Below are positions 24,007 through 36,335 of a stretch of 64,000 bases of DNA, piece after piece. Origin of the DNA: Antedon mediterranea. Its lineage: Eukaryota > Animalia > Echinodermata. The stretch's first letter is position 1; the number at the start of each line of letters is the position of its first letter. The notes under the pieces were generated by a model, which saw only the letters and a list, made by a program, of their open reading frames with translations, ran no database searches and was not told the origin of the DNA. The position numbers were made by a program, and so were the translations under genes. The stretch is taken from contig NC_092675.1 in NCBI RefSeq assembly GCF_964355755.1, positions 10,845,812-10,909,811 of the forward strand, read 5' to 3'.

Positions 24007-25480
24007 CTAGATTTAATTCGTCACTATGACGAATTATAGGTTATATGCATTGATTTAAATAAAGATAATTGATTTTTAAAAGATATATTGATTGATTGAT
24101 TTTCTCAGAATCTTTAATTATTTATAATATATGATAGGACCTTGCTAACGCGAACACCATAGCCGGTATCACAATCCGATCAAAGATCCCTCTGCGTATA
24201 ATGTCATAAACCACATTTGTTGTTACATATAATAAAGACATAAGTTACTTTTTATCTAGATTTCATTATAAATCATGTGTATAATCTATACACTAAGAAA
24301 TAAATTTGAACAAACAATACAGATAATAAAAAAAAAATCTTATTTCGTTTCCCAAGGTGAGACTCGATCTCGGTACCTTGAATGCCATAGACACGAGCAA
24401 AGACCATCGAGCCATACACAACTGACTAAAGTTATGGAAAGATTCCTCCGTGTATTTACTATGCAGTAACCACTTTGGTGCAGATAGATTATTACATACC
24501 GCAATGAATTATAATGTTTTACTATGATGACATCTTTAAAAATTAAAAAAAAATGATGCACTGTCAAACTATATACTTTTAACTTTAATATATAAACTTC
24601 TTAAGGAAGAAAGTTAATGTTAAGTTTGTTATTTCGGCCTAAGAAAATGTTATAATTTGATTGATTGTCATAATTAATTTTTTTAAATTTAATATGCCAT
24701 TAATGATGACTTAATCAACTTTTTTTCTCCTAATTTCATAATAAATCATACATATGATACATACACTTCAAGAAAATGAAATAAAAAATAGGTGTTCCCG
24801 AGCATTCTAACGATATATATTAATTTTAAAATTTAGCATATTTTCACCATTTTGTTAACTTACACGTGCGTAGACTGTCACTTTAGACGTGCTCGTATAA
24901 CGCTGTTTCGCGTTGAAAAGTGAATAAAATATGATGATATTATTAAAGAAAGGTTATACAACAGTAATCGGACAAAAAAAGTGCGCATTAACGTTTGACG
25001 CGCAGTGCGCGTGCAAAAATCTGCGCACTCATGGTAATTTTTTAAACGCTTAAAATTGCCTGAAACGTACTCTAATTTCATCGAAAATAAATTCTGACAA
25101 TTTTGAACATTTTAAGCGCGTGTACGCATGCGTTATATGCGCTACGCACGTAATTGTATTGCCATATTATGATGAAATATGACCTGAAATTTATGAGTAC
25201 CAAATTTTGTTTAAAAATGATTCATGCTTGTGAAGATATGATTACAAACGTGATTTCATTAAATCGCGCGTAGACCACGTAATGTTTGATTGCGCACCGT
25301 GAAAACATAACCACATCGATTCCTGGCCATAAGGAATATACTCTGAAAAATTGACTTAGCTAGATGAAACTGATATCAAGATAATTCACGGACAAAATAG
25401 TGCTAAGGAAAGAATAAATAAACAAATAAAGATTTTTACAGAATCAAGAGGTTATATGCATGATAATGCATATAACCTAA
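24007..25480 (-). mobile_element. Non-autonomous Helitron/Helentron-type element
   Basis: Same architecture as 18921-19661: CTAG plus hairpin aattcgtca-cta-tgacgaatt plus aggttatatgc, and far-end palindrome aggttatatgcat...atgcatataacct. Confidence 0.7.
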
Positions 25481-26919
25481 TAATAGAAATAATCTATATG
25501 TAAATTTACGTAAGGGCAAAATTCGGTAAATCGCGCCTTACTTTTAGAATTTTTACTCGATGGTATATAAAGTTGGTTCGTACTTTCGGTACTGATTTTA
25601 ACCACCTGATTTAACCCTTTTTCCTAATTAAATTAAGTTAGATAATTAGTTATTGACGATTAAAACGAATTTAGGTTCAACGATTTGCCCCAAAGAGAGG
25701 TGTTTTCCGATCGTGGTATACACTGTCTAATGGATGTCCATCTTGAAAAATACCCGCCACAAAAATGCGAGAAGGCTTCGCATTTTCCTATCTCCTCCTA
25801 CGATAATTGTTTTTAATAGCTGAAAACCGGTTGAACAGCTAGAGTACAGCATCATAATGTTGAAGACAGGCCGATTTTCTTTAAAAAATACTATTTTGGT
25901 AGATTTAATATACGATTCTACAAATGTATTGATTTGCGATGAATGGAACATCCCAATCTCTCAGTCTGCCAGAGTTTAACACAAGTAGATAAATTTATGA
26001 GCCCTTTGTTTAACACTGCGGTAGGTTAATATATGGGCCCTTTGAGAATAAACTTCGACAATACTGTAAATACCTATTAACTATTGTTGGTCCTCATTTG
26101 AATTGAACATTTCTTACTGTGAATGTTCGTACTGTTAGATGTAATATAAAAATATATACAAATAAACTTTATTACTGAGATTGTGGATAGGCTCTACTGT
26201 TAGATATATAAACACATTATTATATACAAATAAACTTTATACTGACAGTTCCTTCTCAACGTTTGTATTTATTAATAATTACCAAAAATATGAACGTCGT
26301 AGTGGTGTATCGTGTACGGTACTTTAATATTTCAATCGATTATGACAGTGACAGTTTTAACAAAGTATTAAATCGCAAATGTTTTACTGTATTTAGATGT
26401 AGGCCTATATTATTTATAGGCCTATAAAACATGAAAGAAATATTTCGTTACTGAGTGGATAAAGAATATATTTAAAAATTGTTCTTCTTTGTACCTATCC
26501 GCTTTCCCATCCCTCAACCCTAATGTTACATACAAAACACAAATTGGGTTTCTTTAAATGAGTCCAAATCAAAAATTTGGACTCATTTTGTGATAAGTTT
26601 CTCCTTCAGAAGTAATTCCCAGGGTGCTAATTTTAGTTGACTACATAAATCATCGTGTCTATTTATTCGTTTCTGTAAACGACAATGTATTATAGTCCTG
26701 CGGTACGTACATTTGAAATCGCCAGTTTTGTTACGCTGAAATTACTGTGTATTCGAGAACCATTTGTGGGTACGACCTAGATGGTACGCTCGCTTCGCTC
26801 GGGTACCATCTAGTATTAATAATTATTTGATCGAAGATAATTAGGTGATAAGAATAAAACCTGGGCTTAATTGAAATGTAATACTATACAGTAAAATGAA
26901 ATTTTTTTTTTAATGTTCT

Positions 26920-28576
26920 CAGTGTTCTCCCCAGGATTCTCATCAAGCGTCACGCTTAGGGGGGTCATGGCGACTCTAAGTACTTGAGTCACAGCCCCAC
27001 CATGGTTGGGGCTGTGGCGAAGCGATTTTTGGTAATTTACACCCTAGATGGCCGGAAATGGTACTCTCGCACATAACATTTATGTTGAATGACACCTCTA
27101 GTTTGGCCGGAAATAACACTTATAGCGCGCTAGCAAACAGCAAAACAATCGTAGCCTACTTTTCCGCCGGTAAACATACGCGAAGAAACATTTTTTGCGT
27201 TCATTACGAACGTCAGGGGGAAGTCCTCAATGAAAAAAAATAGGCATAAGCCTACTCATCAGTAGGACTAACTCCAGTTGGTCGGAAACGAAACTTTATA
27301 GCGCACTAGCAAACAGTAAAACCATCGTAGCATACTTTTTCCGCCAGTAAACATACGCGATAAAAATTGTTTTTGCGTTCAATACGAACGTCAAGGGGAA
27401 TTCCCCGATGAAATAAAACTAGGCCTACTCATCAGTAGGACAACTCTGTAGTTGGCCGGAAAGGACACTTCATAGCGCGCTAGCAAACATCACGATCGTA
27501 GCCTACTTTTTCCGCCGGTAAACATACGCGATAAGAAACATTTTTTTGCGTTCATTACGAACGTCAAGGGGAATTCCCCGATGAAATATAAAATGCCTAC
27601 TCATCAGTAGGACTGGCCGGAAAGGACACTTCATAGCGCGCTAGCAAACAACCCGATCGGTGCCTACTTTTCCGCAGGTAAACATACGCGATAAATGAAA
27701 AAATATGCCTACTCGACTCATCAGTAGGCAACTGTAGTTGGCCGGAAACGACACTTCATAGCGCGTTAGCAAACAAAACGATCGTAGCCTACTTTTTTTT
27801 TCGCCGGCGGGTAAACATATGCGATAAAAAACATTTTTTTTGGCGTTCAATTAACATTGGGTGCAAGTCCCGATGAAATAAAACTAGGCCTACTCATTAG
27901 TAAGACACCTCTAGTTGCCCGGAAATAAGACTTCATAGCGCACTAGCAAATAGGAAAACGATCGTAGCCTTCTTGAATGTATTATACGATCAAAGCAGCT
28001 AGCATTGAATTGCGCCTAGAAAATCAATCACGCCTTTGTCATTTGATGATGTGCGTATGTTACCGACGAAAGAGTAAATCCCACCGATAGAGTCGATTAA
28101 TCCAGTGTGATATTGAAAATAATAATATCATTGATATTTATTTTTAATACACATAACATTTTTACAAGAAAAACAATACAATCAATCATTTACTTTATTT
28201 ACAATATACAAGTTACCACATTTTAGACAACCAATACAGTACTAGAGATCGAAAGAGAGACATGGCAGTAACAAAACACGTGTTTACATCTCTCGGCGGC
28301 GGCCGGTGAAAGCGAGTCTCAGTTGTTTAACACTTTGTTACGCTAACACTTTGTTACGCAGTCTTTTGTTTCTTTGGCTTGTGTATCGTCTAGTGGTCAT
28401 GTCATGTGTCGCGTATGCATTAGGCTCTTTATGCATGCCGCGCCTCAGCTCCAGAGAAAGTACCTGCCTGTTAATCTATTTTTAGATTGGTTGTGGTTGA
28501 TATTTTTAAGCGTCACGGATAAGGTTTTAAGCGTCACGGCCGACCGTGACGCTTCAAAGGCCTGGGGAGAACACTG
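26920..28576. mobile_element. Non-autonomous hAT-type element, 16-bp TIRs, 6-bp TSD, internal tandem array
   Basis: CAGTGTTCTCCCCAGG ... CCTGGGGAGAACACTG, flanked by TGTTCT on both sides (26914-26919, 28577-28582). Confidence 0.88.
27090..27970 (+). repeat. Tandem array of about 130-185-bp units (5-6 copies) inside the hAT element
   Basis: Recurrent gttggccggaaa...atagcgcgctagcaaac...cgtagcctacttttccgccggtaaacatacgcg...cctactcatcagtagg. Confidence 0.85.
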
Positions 28577-29542
28577 TGTTCTCTTAAAAGACACAAACGT
28601 ATGTTAATATATATTACATTTAAATGAATGTTAACAAATATGCCTAATTAAATGATGTTTACAATCAATGGTCATTTTAATTGGCGAGCAAAAGAAACAT
28701 TTTGAATATAAAAATATTCACACGGCAAAAGCATACCTCTAGTTTTGCTGTGTGAATTGCTAAGTAAGTAAGCCAATGGGTACGAGTAAGCCAACAAATG
28801 GGTACAAATAAGCCAAATAATGGGTACGGGTTGACCAGCACCCTTTTTATTTAGGGTTAGGCCTAGTTAAAGCCTAGTTAAGCCGTTAAGCCTACCCGGG
28901 GCTACTGCTGTTTGCACCCACCATTTATTTCGAATCCAAGTATGTTAACTAAAACTTCATACACGATTTTTGCTTTGCTATGGAAGCCATCATTTTTAGA
29001 GATGAACAAACAGAGCAGACCAGCTGATCGTAAAAAACAAAAATAAAAAAATAATAGAGTTTTCAGGACACCATCCAGGGTACGGTCACGGTGGTGTGGA
29101 GAGAGGCAAACATGAATGATCTGCAAACACAAGTAAAGTGTCTTGCCTATACAGTATGAAGAACACAAGAAATGCGACAAGCGTTTGATTTGAACTCATG
29201 ATTTCACATGGCCAATGAATGTTAATGCACTTGTCAATTGTATGACCCACTACTGTATATGATCCCTGAGAGAGATGCATCATGGGTGCGTCATTTACGA
29301 ATAATTTCCCGAATGATTGTACAAAATAGTACTGGGTATTATCAACTAGCATCCACTATAGAATGGACCCGAGACATTACTACATTCTTTGACTTTTAGA
29401 TGATAGAAGTTTTGCTTTATTTGTTAGGATTTAATGTACAAAATATACGTTAATAACTTGATTTTTTAATAAATACAGCCTCTACCTTTTTAATAAATTG
29501 GTGTATAAATTGTTAAGAGACAACAGTTTATTTGATCATTAA

Positions 29543-30091
29543 AGATGTATTGTCCCTTTGACTAATTCCCAAAAAAAATTTTTTTTTTAAATTTTGAAAA
29601 AAAGTGGGTCATTTTGAAGTATCATAATAGTTATTAACTTTCACCAAAAATTAGTCGAAAAAAAAAAATAATTTAACCGAAACACAGATGTCTTTTTGTT
29701 CAAAAAATAACTTTGACTTCCAGTCAAAGTTTTCAATCAAAACATATCTCATAATGCAACACGCTTGTTTGGCTACTCTGTATGCATAATCATAAAACTT
29801 CCTCGCAATCTGTGTGAAAACACCTTCTTAACCATGACGAGTTGTAAACAATCCTAAGTAGCATCATGCATAATGCATACTCATGGTTTGAAATCTTTGT
29901 TTACTTTCGCTTGCGACGATTTCCCAGACGAAATGTAATCTAATTAATTTACCTGTTAATTACGTAAACTTGTTGTTTTTGGCTCAAATTTTTGACTTAA
30001 AGTGAATAACTTTAATATTACTTTGATATGGCCAATTTAAATTTAGAATATTTTTTTTTTCATTTTTTGTGTTTCAAGGGAAAATACATCT
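29543..30091. mobile_element. Kolobok-like non-autonomous element
   Basis: TTAA|AGATGTATTGTCCCTT ... AAGGGAAAATACATCT|TTAA: 16-bp TIR with one mismatch, TTAA TSD, RR...YY termini. Confidence 0.8.
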
Positions 30092-30956
30092 TTAAAATAA
30101 TACTTTTAATGGGAGTAAAGATATAAGGAAGAAAAGCAAAGAGACAACCACACAACTAAATGATAATGAGTATAAATTATACAGTATAGGATGCCTTAAA
30201 AATATTCAGAAATACATATAAACACAGAAAATACAATATGTAACATACAAAAAATGGCAAAATTGAATAGGTTTAAAGAACTTTAATAATGTCATAATTG
30301 GCGAAAACTATACACCATAGGGGAAGGAAGATGTCATACTATATTCAACCATCCATGACCAACAGAATTAGCCTACTGTTGGAGGATCTACGAAAAGTGT
30401 CTTAAGCCACCAACAAATTCAGTCCCCAGCAAAAATTAAACAATCCCTAATTCAATTCAATTCAAGAAACATTTATTGACCAAAAATATTATATCATAAC
30501 ATTAACAATGGTTGGCATATAATATATATAATTACAAATAAAATACAAATAATAATAATACAAATCTAATCTAAATTTAATCTCTTCAACTCAACAAAGA
30601 ATTGTTTGGCCTATATCGTTAGCAGCCATAAATGATAGCCCTCGGTCTACTAAGCTATATTCTACAAGTGGCCGTTGTTAAATGTTATTTTCCAAAAATG
30701 TTTTTCTGTTTTTTAACCTTTTTTTTGGTTTGTCACATGATGCAAGGTACCATTGGCAACTGGTCAATCTAAACACAGTAGTTCATGAAACCGTCGCACC
30801 TGCAGAAAACCAGTAAATGGTGGCTACTAGGTTTTGGTAAGGGCAACTGAAATTTATTTTGGGTAACCCTGTTGGATCCTGTAAGCTTTGGTGGTTAATT
30901 TTTAACCCTGTTAAAACAATTGTTTTCTAGTCAATTCAGAAGCTATTGACGTCAAC

Positions 30957-33900
30957 ATGTTCATGTCTGGAGCTAGAAATGCCAAGATTGTGGGCTTATG
31001 TGCTCTTGCTAACTTCATCAATGCTGCAGATCGTGTAATCATGCCTATAGCAGTTGTACCGATGAGTGAGGCTTTCAATTGGAATTTACAAGTGCAAGGA
31101 TGGCTATTGAGTGCATTTGCATGGGGCTATATAAGTAGCCAGGTATAAATTGATTTTTTAAAATATTATAGTGTCAAGATATTCTTGATTTCAATTCTGG
31201 ATTGTTTAGTTGATTTATTCAATAAAAATTGAAAAGCTGGATATATTTATCAGTTCCATGGTCTCTGTTAACAATACATGTTGGCTAAAGCTGAGCAGGC
31301 TGAATGGCAACTACAGTACTAGGCCTTACAGTAAAAATAGCTTGGAAATCACATCAAACAATTGCATAATTTTTTACTCAACAGACTATTATTATGTGAC
31401 ATTAAAATAGGGCATATTTAACAAAAACATTTAAAAAAATGTTTCAGGACACTATATCTTTAAGATGTTTATAGAGTGAAATATAGAGTTTGCCATTTTG
31501 TTTATCAACAGGTAATTGGAGGTAAAGCGGCACAAAAGTTTCGTGGTAAAACAGTTTTGCTAGTTGCAGTAACAGTTTGGTCAGCAGCAACCTTTTTAAC
31601 ACCGATTTGTGCAGAAATTTTTGGTCTTCTTATTTTATCTCGAGCTGTTTTAGGATTTGCTGAGGGATTTTGCCTACCCACCATTTTTCACATTTTTGCA
31701 AACAATATTCACGAAAATGAGCGATCAAGGGCTTTTGGTTGGTTAGTGGCTCTTGGATCCGTCGGTCAAATGTTAGCATCAATAGTAAGTAATAATACAT
31801 CATTTTCTGTGTAATAATTTTATGCTTGATGGAAATATCCTATATTTATAACATCTAAATAGATTCCTGTTATCTGATTGGACGATTGTGTGTCACATGA
31901 TAAAAGATAAAGTGCACTATTTTTATGCTTATGAACCTAGTGTTTTTATATTCAATTGGCATAAGACCGGACAGCGTAACCTCCCAACAACAACATATAG
32001 CTACTTTTAAATTTAGCAAACATGAATAAACGTTTTTGTCTTTGTGTTGTTGTATTATTTAGACATACTATATTGTTCTATGTTTGTCTATATAACAAAA
32101 AAATTAAGGGTTTGCGATCAACCTTTTTTTCATATCATAGATTTTCAACTATGACGGGTGGTTCAATAAGTGACTTTCGAGTCACTAACATTTGCGGCCT
32201 TCTCTATTCAAATTTGAATTGTTTAGTGTATTTGGACGTGCACAAACTAAATATGAATATATTGCAAAATGATCAAATCAGAGTACTTGCAAGAAAATGA
32301 TAAAATCAGTAATGACTAATATCAGGTAAAAATGACTATAAATCAGTAAAATCAGATGAAAATTACATTACATCGAGAGAACTGGAGATTGTTTTTAAAA
32401 TCATTGACGTCCAAGTCTACAAAGTACACTCTCAGTCAATAAAATTTAGTGGAAATTATTTGATGAATTAAACATTATTAATTTGTTTTTGTATAGATAT
32501 GTCCACATTTAAGTTGGCCTATGATGTTCTATACATTTGGAGCACTTGGTTTTATGTGGGTAGCGGTTTGGATTGTGTTTTATAAGGATGACTTTGTAAG
32601 TAATCAACAAGAGGACTTGATCCCACCAAAAGTAAGTTTTTTAAAGGTTAGTAATGATATTAGAGCCCCTCTACTCCGACCAGATTTGGAGTGAAAAAAA
32701 AAGTGTGAGAGGTTATGGGAATAGAGAGAGTATCGCGTTTCATGGCATGTGTCACTTGTCCTGTTCTTCTTTTCTTATATATCTCTAAGATACTTTTATA
32801 ATTCTCTTAATGTTGCACAGATTTTTGTTATTAAATGTCAGGAAAATTATTGTTCTATGAACAAAGAACACACAAATTTTAAAAATATAAATTGAAATTA
32901 TAGTGAAAGCTAGCTTATATTTTTATGCATAACAAATCTATGCACTTTTATTTGCCAAAAAAACTAACAAATATTGTTTGGCATAAGTGTTGAATATGAA
33001 TTTTTATAACACACCTGATTGTATTCTTACAATTTGATTGATCAATACGTCTAACGTCTAAATGTGATATCTGAAGGCCGGTGCACACTGAACAATTTAC
33101 CTGTGAAGCACCATGAGTCAAGTATCAAATTAAACCTGTAATTTTGTTGTGACTAAAGATTTCAGTGTGAATATCAAATTGTAGGCGTCGTTTTAATTAT
33201 CAACTTAAATGAGGTGAATTCGAAATTAGCGAAGGCTCCGTGCGTGAATTCACTATAGTGCTCCATGGGCAACCTTTTTGCGTTCGCTTGCAAATTTGTT
33301 TCAATTTGACCAATCAAATACCAAGGATGTGTGATGTCATCAGTCAGATGAATATTGAAAATGTGTTCAACATGGATGTAAACGATGTAAATTCACTGCA
33401 TTTGAATATAAAAATCAACTTTACCAGATCGAACTGGAACTATTGTTGTCAGGCAAAAATGATATGTGACGCTGAAACTTTGATCGCGATGGTCTTTTTC
33501 AAGCTTCACAAGACTCGCTTTGATTTTACGCTTAACACGTGTGATTGTTCAGTGTGCACCGCCCTTAATGGTAATAATTAACATGCTCTAGTGAGCTCTT
33601 TGTAAACATTTTAAGAATTTTTGCCGCGCAACATTGACTGTCGGGAAATAAACTTGTTGTGTGTACCGTTGTATAACTGTTCTACTCCGCTTCTAAAGTT
33701 TGAGCACTGCCTTTTTTAATGGGCTAGCTAGTTAACTCAATGTTTACAATGGATAAGTTAATATAATTATAATGAATGTTTTTTATTCATTGAATGGAGA
33801 GAATATTTCACTCGATGAAAAGTTCATGAAATATTCTTACCATCAAACTCATTCAATAATTGTATACTATATTACAATGATCACTCTAAACTAATGCTAC

Positions 33901-36335
33901 TTTTTCACCAGGTAGACACGAGAGCTACAGTTAGATGGACCAGTTATATCTCCCACCGTGCTCTATGGGCTATTTACATGGCACATTTTGCAATGAACTG
34001 GTCCAATTATGTAATAATGACGTGGTTACCAACATATTTACAGCGTGAATTAGGAGCAGACCCTAAGGACATCAGCTTAACTGCTTTACCTTATGTCATG
34101 AATTCATTTATAGGAGTTTGTGAGTACTAAAGAATTATTTCTTCTTGTCATGTGTTTAATGGCACAGGACATGGTGTATGTAACATAGGAAGACTGTTTT
34201 GAAATTGCTTTTTGTTCTTTATACCCTACATGATACATTGGATTCTGATAATGAAAAATATCAACATGCATGTCAAACTTTTGGAATTTTGCACTTAAAA
34301 ATTGGACAATAATGGTTCTCCCAAATTTCAATGTTTGGTACCTCTCTGAACCACTGCTGCAAATACTCATTCCAACGAAGGCAATCTAAAAACAGGGTGC
34401 TAAGCTCTAGATATCAAAAGGTTTATCTGTGGCTGCGACACGATCAGTTCTACGCCCCTTAACAGACACCATGCACCACAGAGAATATGTACATAGTACA
34501 GTACTGTTGGTATTTGTTGCAGCCAGACATAAGATCAAAGAACTGTTACAAGTTCTTATCTTGGCAAGGCAAGCTCAGTGCCCTGTTGTTAGATTGCCTT
34601 GTTCCTACCATACTACGAAAGAAACTCACTTAGCAACTATTTGTGCATTATTAATCTTGCTAGATCTGTTTACAACCAATGGGTGCAGTGAGTTGTGTCT
34701 AAAATAGACACACTTCATCGGCACTAGAAAATATATTGGACCAGACTGCACTGAGTCATACCTTCTCAGTAAAAATAATTTCTGGAGCATTATCATCATC
34801 TAGAATGATAATACAAGAGTATAGTATTTTGAAAAAAGTAGTTGATGTTAGTATTACTTGACCAAGTTGGACCTTAAATGTATGAAATGCTGACTAATAC
34901 TAACGCTAACTAACACTGACGTCAAAAACCTTATTATGGCAAGTTCAGATAAAGGTCTAAATGCTTCCAATGTTACACAATGTTCTGTTTTCAAGTTTTA
35001 CAGAAACGCTCTGCACAAAAATAGTAGAAAGAAATAATCCTTAAAATCTGCAGTGCAGATCAATAATGATAACAATAGGTGATACTTCAACAGAACCTAT
35101 AAAGATTCTGAATAATGATAGGTGATCTTTTACAATAAAAAAAAAAGAATAATTTGTACACGATCCCTGAAATCTACGATTAATCTTCTAACCATCCATA
35201 ATAATTATTGTTTTTCTTTAGTGGCAGGATACTATGCAGACTCTTTAATATCTAGGAAGCAGTGGACGGTACTCTCAGTTCGTCGTCTTATGACCAGTAT
35301 TGGCCTACTTGGTCCAGCTTTATTTATTCTTCTATTCTGTTATGTAGATAATATTGGTTTAGCTGTATGGTGAGTAGATACAAAATGCTAGAATACAAAA
35401 TGTAAACAAAATAAAGTTGTATTTATTTTCTTTCATTTGTTGTAATAATAAAATTGTGTTAATTTTTTTTTATAGTTTTGTGTCGATATCACTAGGTCTG
35501 TGTGCTTGTAATTCATCTGGTCACATCAGTAACCATGCTGATGTCGCACCAAGTCAAGCTGGTGTTACTTTTGCCGTTTCAAATACTTTGGTAAGATTTG
35601 AAAAATCAAGTTGTAATGATGTAATTCCCAAGTTGACAATTTTATTTGACTACATTATTTACCATGATGTCTGTATTTATCCATTTTGTGTAGGTATTTC
35701 CAGTACCCATTACTTTAAATAACATAAGCTGATCAACCCCACCCCTCTTCCCCATTTTTCAAATAATAGTATTTTTATACACCCCAAGTATTAAATAGTA
35801 ACCTCCTTAATGAGAGATTTAAAAAAAAATGTTGTTTCAACAGTACTTGTGGTAAGTAATTGACACAGGATGTTATACCCTTTTCACACCTGCCAGATGT
35901 AACAGTTTGTATTCAGGTTTGCATAGTGCGAAGAAAATTTTGTGGAAATCACACTAATGAGAGGCCTGTTTTTTTGTTTCAAGGTGTTACTGCATGTATT
36001 GTCCTAGTAATAAACTGAAAAATCATAGTAATCAAATAACGCACAACTATGCTTTATCCCAAAATTTCTCATGTATATGCGTATATGAAAACATGTAATA
36101 AATTGGGAGATCAAAAACTGGTTACAACTTGTAACAATTTATGCAAATGTAAAATGGTTATTTTTTTTTTTTCACTCATTAGGCTACAATTCCTGGTCTC
36201 ACAGCTGGACCGTTGACTGCTGCTATCGTTGAATACTCATCTACATGGTACCCTGTATTCATCACAGCATCAGGCGTTAATATTGTTGGTGCCCTCATTT
36301 ACTACAGTCAAAGTTCAGCCAGCCAAATTTTGTGA
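30957..36335 (+). CDS. SLC17/ACS-family MFS anion transporter, 405 aa, complete CDS
   Basis: Exons 30957-31142, 31512-31784, 32497-32631, 33912-34119, 35222-35369, 35476-35590 and 36183-36335, all GT-AG and phase-consistent. Motifs ADRVIMPI, SAFAWGYISSQVIGG, RAVLGFAEG, WPMMFY, WLPTYL, DVAPSQAG..FAVSNT. An acceptor at 30930 implies an upstream non-coding exon. Confidence 0.93.
33075..33565. mobile_element. Harbinger-like MITE in SLC17 intron 3
   Basis: TIRs aggccggtgcacactgaacaat / attgttcagtgtgcaccgccct, with TGA/TAA flanks. Confidence 0.7.

Noticed and set aside
27250-27730. Tandem CTGATGAG on the minus strand as a retrozyme-like hammerhead array
   Set aside because: The motif lies inside a small hairpin, with no stem II closed by GAAA and no compatible stems I/III.
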